A stretch of DNA of 36,692 nt from Candidatus Methylomirabilota bacterium (lineage in GTDB: Bacteria > Methylomirabilota > Methylomirabilia > Rokubacteriales > CSP1-6), in the NCBI GenBank assembly GCA_046726415.1, contig JBKPAK010000310.1, forward strand, positions 1-36,692. Reading direction: 5' to 3'. Each line of letters opens with the position of its first letter. Within the stretch, counting starts at the first letter, position 1. This document shows, in pieces, positions 28,703-36,692 of the stretch. The notes under the pieces were generated by a model. It had not been told where the DNA came from. It was given only the letters and a program-made list of their open reading frames with translations, and made no database searches. The position numbers and the translations under genes were made by a program.

Positions 28703-30383
28703 TCACACGCCAATCCTCGACCCCATCGGGTGGGGATCGTTCCTGACGTTCCAGTCGTTCCGTGGAGGCGTTTCAGCGTTCCGGAAGCCCGGCCTATCGT
28801 TCCCGTGGAGAGGTCCGTCGGTTCCAGGGAATGCAAGGCCGGTGTCGCCATCCCCGCCGGAGCGGTCGGAACGATCGGAACGGTCGGGGACCGCGACTTT
28901 CTGGATGGACACTTGCCGACGACGGGAGCCGAGCTCGCGCTGGTCCGCGAACTCCACCGAGACGCCGATGGCCCGGAGATTCGGGGCGATCCGGCGGAGC
29001 GCCGTGCCCAGCGTCCGGGGCGTCGCCGGCCAGACCTTCGACCTCCGGGTCGCCTCGTCAGCGATCCGGCACAGCGCGTCGAGGAGCTCCGCGACCGTCC
29101 CTGACCAGTCGCCGGCTCCTCGGCCAGGGCCCGCATGGAGGCGGCGATGGGCGAGGCATCGAGGGCCAGGTCGTGGGCCGCGGCGCGGCTGCCGCCGTAG
29201 GCCGCGAGGAACGCGCCGGGTTCGAGTCCGAGAGCCGGCTCGGCGGCATGGGCCCAGGTGGCGAAGTCGCCATCCTCGGCAGCGCTTCGAGGCGCACGTC
29301 GCCAACGTACCGGAGGGCCGTGCTGACGGCGGTCAGGAGGGCGCCGAGGATTCGAGGGGGAGCGACCTCGAAGGCCGACCAGAACTCCCGGCGCGGGCGG
29401 CGCCGGTCTTCGGGGATGCGGGGCAGGTCGATGATGATGGCGCGATCGAGGAGGTCCGGGCGGCTGATGACGGCGTCGATGCCGTTCAGCATCGCCGGCC
29501 GCTGGGCGACGAAGATCGTTTCGTCGCTGTCGGAGTAGAGCTGCCGCGTGCTGAAGCCGCCGCCGGTCGCCAGACGGCACAGGCAATCGGACAGCCAGGG
29601 GGCAAGGTCGCTGAGGTTGTCCCAGGCGATGAGCCAGGCGTTCATGGCGGCGATCATCACGTCACGCGGGTCGGAGGGCTCACAGCGCAGGGCGGCCACG
29701 TTCGGGTCGATCAACGCTCGGCACATCTCCTCGATGGTGGATTTCGACGTCCCGTGCTCGCCGGTGAAGACCAGCACGGGATACGGACCTTCGGGCCGGA
29801 GCACCGCGACGAGCCACGCCTTGATGAGCGCCAGTTGATCGGCGGAGTTCACGTTGACGAACTCCGCCAGCTCGTCGACGGCGCCGCCGGAGACCGGCCG
29901 CGGCAGGGCCTGCATCCCGCGCGCCCGCCGGAACTTCACCGGCGGCGTGGTCACGATGCGCCAGCCGGCCGGGGTGACCTCCACGGCCTCCCAGCCGGCA
30001 TTGACGAGGTTCAGGTAGATGCGGCCGTCGCGACCCGCCACCCGCACGTGGACCTCGTGCACGCGCCCGCCGAACTGCGCCCGCGCCTCCAGCGTGCCGA
30101 GAGCGTCGCTCAGGGCCTGCGCCGCCGGGGGCTTGCCCTCCCTCTGCCAGAAGCGATGCACGACATAGCGGCGGAACGCTTTGGATCGGATCGGCCACGT
30201 CTCTTGGTGGTCGTCGACCGCGACCGTCGCGTACGCCGTGTCCCCATCCGTGGCTCGAAAGAGCGCCTCGTCGGAGACCAGCTCGACCAGCCCCGACGCC
30301 TGCGAGGATTTCGTTCTCGGCGCTGTCCAGCGGTCGCTCTCGGGGAAGAGCGCCTCGGCGACGATCCCGGCGTCAACGCGCAT
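28703..30383 (-). pseudogene. Phage/plasmid/ICE-type replication helicase (primase-associated P-loop ATPase), frameshifted
   Basis: IYLNL, PYPVLVFTGEHGTSKST (Walker A), IAWDNLS (Walker B), CRLATGGGFSTRQLYSD, RPDLLDRA, PRMA/DFA, WPATPRTLGTALRR.AP.L. Frameshifts at about 29270 and 29115. No primase domain. Confidence 0.8.
28738..28885. repeat. Opposed arrays of CGTTCC / GGAACG hexamers with 9-bp spacing (iteron-like)
   Basis: CGTTCC at 28738, 28747, 28756, 28777 and 28798. Inverse GGAGCG 28859, GGAACG 28868 and 28877. Confidence 0.75.
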
Positions 30384-30439
30384 GCACGAACGCCTGGTCG
30401 AGTCGCGTCAGGCGCTGCATCAGCCAGGCGTCAGGGGCG

Positions 30440-30600
30440 TCATCGAACGTCCAGCGCGGGACGGCCGAGCAGCTCGGCGACGGTGTAACCGAGCTGCTCG
30501 GAGCCGAACGGGTTCACGGACAGAACGGTCCCCACCGCGTCGATCATGAAGTACATGGTCGGGTTGTTCTCGAAGACGGCCCTCCACAACCAGCGCCCCT
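30440..30600 (-). pseudogene. PAS-domain fragment of a sensor kinase
   Basis: [47 protein letters not shown]. Confidence 0.8.
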
Positions 30601-30878
30601 GCCCACCTCGGGAGTTCATGCACAAGATGAGCCGCCTGGGACCCTGGTGCCGACTGGCTCACAAGGTCAAGTGGTTCCTCGAACCACCGACAAGACGGGT
30701 CGGACGATGAAGGGGTGTAAGCTTCGCGCGCGAACCGCCGCCTCAAGTCGCGCGGACGCGAGCTCTGGGCGGTCTAGGTTCGCGGGCTCGCCAACCTGCG
30801 TCGCCGCGCCCTGCCTCGCATGCTGTCGATGGCACGCCCCGCGCAGGACAAATTGACCGCTCGCAGCAGGAGAGGCCG

Positions 30879-31195
30879 ATGAAGACTGTTGTCTACCACG
30901 GAACCCACGACGTCAGGGTGCACGACGTCCCCGATCCCGAGATCGTCGATGCTGGGACGCGATCATCGAAGTCACGGCCACGGCGATCTGCGGCTCAGAC
31001 TTCCACCTCTACGACGGCTTCATGCCGACGATGGAGGAGGGGGATGTCCTCGGCCACGAGCCGATGGGCGAAGTGGTCGACGTCGGAAGCGACGTCAAGA
31101 AAATTGAAGAAAGGCGACCGTGTCGTTGTACCTTTCCCGATCTCGTGCGGCACCTGTTACTTCTGCGCGAAGGGCCTGTTCTCGCTGTGCGACAC
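30879..31195 (+). pseudogene. N-terminal fragment of zinc-dependent alcohol/formaldehyde dehydrogenase (YbdR-like)
   Basis: [48 protein letters not shown]. Two frameshifts, truncated. Confidence 0.88.
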
Positions 31196-31341
31196 ATACG
31201 TGACGGCCTCGCGCATTCAGGACATGGCCTGGTTCAAGGCGGCAGCCAGTCCGTACCTCGGCACGAGCCTGTTTCGGATCCAGCGGGGCCGCTCAAACCA
31301 CAAACGAACCACGACGCGGTGCGACCGCGAGGGAGAGCACG

Positions 31342-31797
31342 ATGAACGCGATCCAGTTGCTCAAGAAGGAGCACGAGACGGCCAAGCGGATGTTCGGGGA
31401 GATCCAGGCTGCGAGTGCTGGGCAGCGCGGGGAACTGTGGGCAAAGCTCGAGCCCGAGCTGAAGGTGCACGAACAGATCGAAGAGACAGCCCTCTATGGC
31501 CCGGTGGCCCAAGAGGTCGGGTCGACCGACGAGACGCTGAAGGAATGGCAAGAGCACCATCAGGAGGAAGTCAGCGAGGCGGAAGCCATGATCACGGAGA
31601 TCGGTGGCCTCAATGCGACCACTGACGAGTGGCTGTCGAAGGTCGAGGAGCTGCAGCTGACGCTGGAGCACCACATCGACGAAGAAGAAGGGGACATCTG
31701 GCCCCGGATCCAGCAGGGGTGGGATGAAGCGAAGCTCGAGCACGCCGGCCAGCAGATGGAGACGCTGAAGCGCCAGAAGATGCCACGCGCGGCCTGA
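31342..31797 (+). CDS. Hemerythrin/HHE cation-binding domain protein
   Basis: [37 protein letters not shown]. Intact 151 aa. Confidence 0.9.
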   Translation: MNAIQLLKKEHETAKRMFGEIQAASAGQRGELWAKLEPELKVHEQIEETALYGPVAQEVGSTDETLKEWQEHHQEEVSEAEAMITEIGGLNATTDEWLSKVEELQLTLEHHIDEEEGDIWPRIQQGWDEAKLEHAGQQMETLKRQKMPRAA

Positions 31798-31817
31798 GCC
31801 ACAGCCAGGAGCCCGCG

Positions 31818-32335
31818 ATGGCTGTCGAGACGTTCAGACGCCTGGAACAGGACGGTCGGGTTTGCCCAGCAAAACCCGCATCATGCTCAAGCTCAACGGG
31901 GCGGCGAGACAACTCGACGTCGCCCCCTGGACGAGCCTGCTCGACGCCCTGCGCGAGTACCTCGATCTGACGGGAACGAAAAAAGGGTGCAACCACGGAC
32001 AGTGCGGTGCCTGCACCGTGCTGGTGGACGGAACACGCATCCTCGCCTGTCTGACCCTGGCGGTCATGAAGCACGGCACCGAGGTCACGACGATCGAGGG
32101 GCTGGCCGACCGCGGCGCGCTGCACCCGCTGCAGGAGGCGTTCATCGAGCACGACGCCTTCCAGTGCGGGTACTGCACGCCGGGCCAGATCTGCTCCGCC
32201 GTCGGTCTGATGCACGAGGGCGGGGGCGAACGGCCGACGAGATCCGCGAGCTGATGAGCGGCAACCCCTGCCGATGCGGCGCCTATCCGAACATCCTGGC
32301 GGCGATCCAGGCGGTGATGCAGGCCGCCGGCGGTG
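31818..32335 (+). pseudogene. paoA: Aldehyde oxidoreductase/XDH-family 2Fe-2S subunit (YagT/PaoA), frameshifted
   Basis: GTKKGCNHGQCGACTV, ACL, FQCGYCTPGQI, MSGNPCRCGAY. Confidence 0.88.
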
Positions 32336-32337
32336 GG

Positions 32338-33281
32338 GGGAGATCGCCGGCGACAGGGCGGCGAGGTTCATCGCGGGTGGCACGAACCTCATCGACTCAT
32401 GAAAGAGAACGTCGAGCGGCCGAGCCGGCTGATCGACATCACGCATCTGGCGCTGCAGGATGTCGAACCGACCGCGAGGGGGGCTGCGGCTCGGTGCGGT
32501 GGTCACGAACACGAACGTGGCTTACCACCCGAAGATCGAGCGGCGCTACCGGCTCCTGTCGCAGGCGATCCTCGCCGGCGCATCACCGCAGCTTCGCAAC
32601 ATGGCCTCGGTCGGCGGGCAACCTGATGCAGCGCACGCGGTGCGCCTACTTTTACGACACCGCGACGCCTTGCAGAAGCGCGCACTAGGGGCTGGCTGCC
32701 CAGCGATCGCCGGATTCAATCGTTATCACGCGATCCTGGGCACCAGCCAGCACTGCATCGTCGTCCATCCGTCGGACATGTGCGTGGCGCTCGCGGCGCT
32801 GGCAGCGGTGGTGCACGGCTCCGGACCGGGCGGCTCCCGGGCGATCCCCTTCCGCGACTTTCACCGCCTGCCTGGCGACACGCCGCACCTCGACACGAAC
32901 AAGCGGCCCGACGAGATCATCACAGCCGTCCACCTGCCTGCCCAGGGTTTCGCCGACCACTATGCTTACCTCAAGGTTCGCGACCGCACCTCCTACGTCT
33001 TCGCGCTGGTGTCCGTAGCGGCCGCCTTGCGGATGGACGGGGAGACAATCCAGGAGGCCCGACTCACGCTCGGTGGTGTGGCCCACAAACCGTGGCGCGA
33101 CTCGTCGGGCGGAGGCGTCGTTGCGTGGCCAGCCCGCCTCTCGTGCGACCTTCCAGCGCGTCGCCGACACACTGGTGAGCGGCGCCCAGGGGTTCGGCCA
33201 CAACACGTTCAAGATCGAGCTGGCCAAGCGCGCCATCGTCCGCGCCCTCGGCACTGGCCGCCGCCATGGCGGCGTGAGTAG
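32338..33281 (+). pseudogene. paoB: FAD-binding subunit (YagS/PaoB), start deleted, many frameshifts
   Basis: FIAGGTNLID, GASPQLRNMASVGG, NLMQRTRCAYFYD, HPSDMCVAL, YLKVRDR.SY.FALVS, GGVAHKPWR, NTFKIEL. Confidence 0.88.
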
Positions 33282-33306
33282 CCCTCACCAACGGAGTGAC
33301 ACGTCG

Positions 33307-34113
33307 ATGACGACCATCCAAATCGGACAGCCGATCAGCCGCGTCGACGGCCGCGCCAAGGTGACGGGCGAAGCCCCATGCTGCCGAGTACCACGTTCCC
33401 CACCTGGTCTATGGCTACGTTGTGTCGAGCGACGTGGCAAAAGGGACGATCGCCACCATCGATGCCGGCGAGGCGCTCGCGCTCCCGGGCGTGCTCCACG
33501 TCTTTACGTATGAGAACACCAGGGGCTTCCCTGGTTCGACCGTAGCTACGGGGACGAGGTGGCCCCCATCGGCTCCCCGTTCCGACCGCTGTACGACGAC
33601 GAGATCAAGTACAGCGGCCAGCCGGTCGCCCTGGTCGTGGCCGAGACCTTCGAGCTGGCCCGGCACGCAGCAGGACTCATCCGTATCGAATATGCGCGCG
33701 AAGCGCATGAGACGAATCTGGAGACGCAGCGGCATGCTGCGTACGAGCCCGAATACCGGACACCGACACCCGATCCGCGCGGCGACGCCGCCCGCGCGTT
33801 CGCCGCGGCGGCGGTGCGGATCGAAGCCGAGTATCGGGTGCCGGCCGAGCATCACAATCCCATGGAATCGTTCGGAGCGACCGTGGTCCGACACGACGAC
33901 GGGACGCTGGCGGTCTACGACAAGACGCAGGGCGCGCTGAACGTCCGCGAGTACCTACCTCTCGAACGTGTTCGGCTGCGCCAAGGATGACCTGCGGGTG
34001 ATCTCCCCGTTCGTGGGCGGCGCGTTCTGATCAGGGCTGCGCCCGCAGTACCACGTGTTCCTCGCCGTCCTCGCCGCTCGCGAGCTGAAGCGCTCGGTCC
34101 GCGTGGCGCTGAC
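33307..34113 (+). pseudogene. paoC: Molybdopterin-binding subunit (YagR/PaoC), N-terminal third only
   Basis: IGQPISRVDGRAKVTGEA, YSGQPVALVVAETFE, HHNPME, YDKTQG, SPFVGGAF*, AARELKRSVRVALT, then unrelated DNA. Confidence 0.88.
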
Positions 34114-34462
34114 GGACGCCCCAAGAGTCCTGGGCGGCGTTTATGCAGTCTGTCGGAATGGCTACGATCATGTCGTTGACTGCTTTAGGTGGACGGCGGT
34201 GCGCCGGCTTGCGGGGCCGATCACCCAGGACAAGCACATCCCGTTTGCTGCCGTCGCCACGTGGTCGGTCGCGACGCGGGGCGTGAAGGCTCCCGTGTTG
34301 GTCAGGACAGGGGTCCGGCCCTCCTGGCTGCTAGCCAAAGTAGTTGAAAGCGCCCGCAGTGCCGGGAGTTCCCCCTCAGAATGTCGCCCCCGCAGCCGGC
34401 TGCGGTCATGCCAGGTGGTTGATGGCGGTTCGCGCAGGCTCGCTCGGGAGCGGGCCGGACCA

Positions 34463-35044
34463 TCAGCGAAGCATGTCTCGGGTGGAGGTGAGGAGAACGC
34501 AGGTGCAGCCGGTCTCGCTCCAGACCCGATGATCGGTGGTGCCGGCCTCCGATCGGAGGTAGTCGCCGGGATAGAGTCTCTTGTCGTCGACCAGGAGCAC
34601 GCCCTGAAGCATGTGCACCTCTTCCACTCCAGCATGGGTATGAGGTGGATACGCGGCTCCCGGCGCGAGCCGTACCAGCATGCTGACGCGGCCTTTCTCC
34701 GTATCCGTCGCCAGCAGCTTGCAGGTGATGCCCGGCGCGGCTTCTTCCCATTCCGGTTCACCTCGTCGTGGGGGCGCTGGCGCCGGAGGCTCCCGGCCTG
34801 TGTCCGCTGCGATTCGCCGGGCGAGGCGCTCCCACAGAGACGGCGACGGGTGCAGCACATCGGTGGGCCAGGAGACGAAGGCGTCGATGACCGGCTGAAG
34901 CGCCTCCAGTTCTTGCCGGCACTCCGCACAGGTAGAGATCTGCGACTTCACGATCGATACTTCGCTCACCGGAAGGGCCTGCAGGGCAAACAGGCACACC
35001 GATTCCCGATGGTGGCGTTCGTGCTCGCCCGATCGTGAGCTCAT
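34463..35044 (-). CDS. chrR: ChrR-like anti-ECF-sigma factor (zinc-finger ASD plus cupin)
   Basis: N-terminal QISTCAEC. Cupin LVRLAPGAAYPPHTHAGVEE...PGDY...H.VWSETGC. ATGA overlap with sigma stop. Confidence 0.85.
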   Translation of the reverse strand: MSSRSGEHERHHRESVCLFALQALPVSEVSIVKSQISTCAECRQELEALQPVIDAFVSWPTDVLHPSPSLWERLARRIAADTGREPPAPAPPRRGEPEWEEAAPGITCKLLATDTEKGRVSMLVRLAPGAAYPPHTHAGVEEVHMLQGVLLVDDKRLYPGDYLRSEAGTTDHRVWSETGCTCVLLTSTRDMLR

Positions 35045-35694
35045 AGGCTCGTCACAGTTCGGCCGAGCGCCCGTCGGAGTTTGCTCAATCCGGAACGGAT
35101 TCGTGTCTTCACCGTCACCAGCGGTTGATTCAGCTTCGCCGCCGCTTCGCTATACGTTAGTTCTGAGAAGAATGCGGTTTCGATGGCCTCGCGCTCGCCC
35201 GGCGTCAGCACCTGCAAGGCTTGCTGCAGGAGGCGCCCCTGCTCTCTGACGTCGAAGATCTCGTGGGGGCCACTCGCCGCGGTCGCGGCCGGTGGGCGGT
35301 CCGCATGAGGGTTGACGCGTTTCTTTCGCTGTTCGTACCGCAACCGGTCAATGGCTCGGGAGCGCGCCTGATTCATGATCCATCCGACGACGGAACCGCC
35401 GGCGGGATCGTACGTCGACGCTCGTCGCCAGACGTCGTGGAAGACATCGAGCGTCAGCTCTTCCGCGGTTTGCCGATTGCCGGTGATCCGCACGATCAAC
35501 GTGAACACGATGCGATGCGTTTGGGTATAGAGCGCATGCAGCGCAAGCTGGTCGCCTCCGGCAATGGACTGAACGAGCCCGACCCAGTCCTTCTCGGATG
35601 CGGGCGCCTTCGCCTTATTGGCATAGAGCACATCGCCAAGGGTTTTCGTCTCGCATTGGAGCCGGTTCCGGTCGGGACGTCGTACTGCGCCCAC
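35041..35694 (-). CDS. ECF RNA polymerase sigma factor (RpoE/SigK-like)
   Basis: GDQLALHALY, TAEELTLDVF, WIMNQARSRAIDRLR, LTYSEAA..L..PL.TVKTRIRSGL. Start uncertain. Confidence 0.92.
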   Translation of the reverse strand: MGAVRRPDRNRLQCETKTLGDVLYANKAKAPASEKDWVGLVQSIAGGDQLALHALYTQTHRIVFTLIVRITGNRQTAEELTLDVFHDVWRRASTYDPAGGSVVGWIMNQARSRAIDRLRYEQRKKRVNPHADRPPAATAASGPHEIFDVREQGRLLQQALQVLTPGEREAIETAFFSELTYSEAAAKLNQPLVTVKTRIRSGLSKLRRALGRTVTSL

Positions 35695-35755
35695 GGCGGA
35701 TTATCATGGCGTCATTGATCGTTCGGGTCAAGACACGATCGCTCACGGGAGTGGC

Positions 35756-36094
35756 TCAGTTGGGCTCCGGCGCCCCGCCGGCCATGCAGGCAGGGTCGTC
35801 AATGGGAGCTGGTCCCCCGCGGAAATCGCCTCGGGCAAGCTCGAGCTTGTGACGTTCGAACTCCCATGCCGCGTAGCAGCTGACATGGACATGGTACGCG
35901 TCCGGGCCGGGACGATCGCCGTTTCGGGCGAACTCAATTTCAAATTCCACCTCTTCGTGCGTCACCGGCGCATCACAAATCGCGCAGTCGGCGCCGACGC
36001 CTGGCCCTCCCCACGTGCGGTCAGGGCGGCGGTTGGGTAGCTTCCCAGCTCGGATAACTGCGCGGGCTTTCTCGTGTAGGCACTCGTCGCTCAT
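35756..36094 (-). CDS. Small hypothetical protein with putative CxxC...HxxC zinc site
   Basis: GKLP..RPDRTWGGPGVGADCAIC...HVHVSCYAAWEFER. 112 aa. Confidence 0.75.
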   Translation of the reverse strand: MSDECLHEKARAVIRAGKLPNRRPDRTWGGPGVGADCAICDAPVTHEEVEFEIEFARNGDRPGPDAYHVHVSCYAAWEFERHKLELARGDFRGGPAPIDDPACMAGGAPEPN

Positions 36095-36540
36095 CTGCCT
36101 GGGTTCCCGAAGCGGTCATCCGTTCACTGTCTAGCCACGCGATCTGCCATCCAATCAATAAAACGTCAAACTGGTCTCTTCGGAGTGATGCAGGGAAAAT
36201 AAGCTAGGACGCGGATCTCTCGAGGCGGCGTGGCCACTACGGCACTCGTCCGAGAGTGCTGCCGGCAGGAACGTGCGCCGGCCAGGCTCAGGGGGGAGGG
36301 GCATGATCAAGCCCCGGCGCAATGTCGGTTCAACTGTCTTCGCGGCCGGCAGGCGACTGCAGGCCGGTGGCGGCAGTCTAACTCGGGGGCCCACATGGGT
36401 GCCTAGTGAGCAAGATCCTCGTGCCGACTGGCGAGGATTGCAGGGGCGGGCGGCCGCCCTCCTGTACGGAATTTGGACTCGAGGCGCAGGTCGCCGGCCG
36501 CCAGCAAATCCTTCGGCTTCAAGAGGGCGCTTCCCCGCCT

Positions 36541-36692
36541 GGGAGCGGCCTCGAGGGCAGGTACCTGCTCAGTGGCTTCGTGCGATGCGGGATCTGCGGC
36601 GGCAGCATCGTGCAGTCCTGGATCGCGCTAAGCCCGTGTATCGCTGCTGGTATCGCGAGCGCCGCGGGGCCATCGGTCTGTCTTCAGTACCC
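36541..36692 (+). pseudogene. Zinc-ribbon fragment of a large serine recombinase (runs off window)
   Basis: RYLLSGFVRCGICGGSI...VYRC...R..RG.SVC with frameshifts. Confidence 0.75.

Noticed and set aside
28398..30488. 696-aa plus-strand ORF
   Set aside because: Antisense shadow of the helicase pseudogene in GC-rich DNA. No motifs.

Overview
High-GC bacterial DNA whose gene families resemble those of soil Rokubacteria/Acidobacteria-like lineages (inference only). The window is a mosaic. About 18 apparently intact genes include an MDR quinone oxidoreductase, a PIG-L/MshB-like deacetylase, a lipoprotein, a patatin, an SRPBCC protein, a methyltransferase, an mlaE-mlaF-mlaD-pqiC operon, an SDR, a hemerythrin and an ECF sigma/ChrR pair. 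They are interleaved with more than 25 truncated, frameshifted or internally deleted gene fragments joined end to end (AbiEii, SNF2, HsdR, STAND ATPases, multi-kinase, PaoABC, WrbA/pirin and others). Mobile-element remnants are an IS110-family element, an IS66 left end, a phage/plasmid-type replication helicase with an iteron-like array, and a large serine recombinase fragment. The most notable signal is at 4541-5065. There the IS110 transposase is almost entirely deleted, but the long 3' non-coding end survives and folds into two internal-loop hairpins, like a bridge RNA/seekRNA. One loop carries a 9-nt exact match to the element's own right end, which abuts a GTTAGAC (attC-like core). No rRNA, tRNA or CRISPR array was found. 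Family assignments come from motif recognition by eye; no database search was run. Fragment boundaries are approximate.
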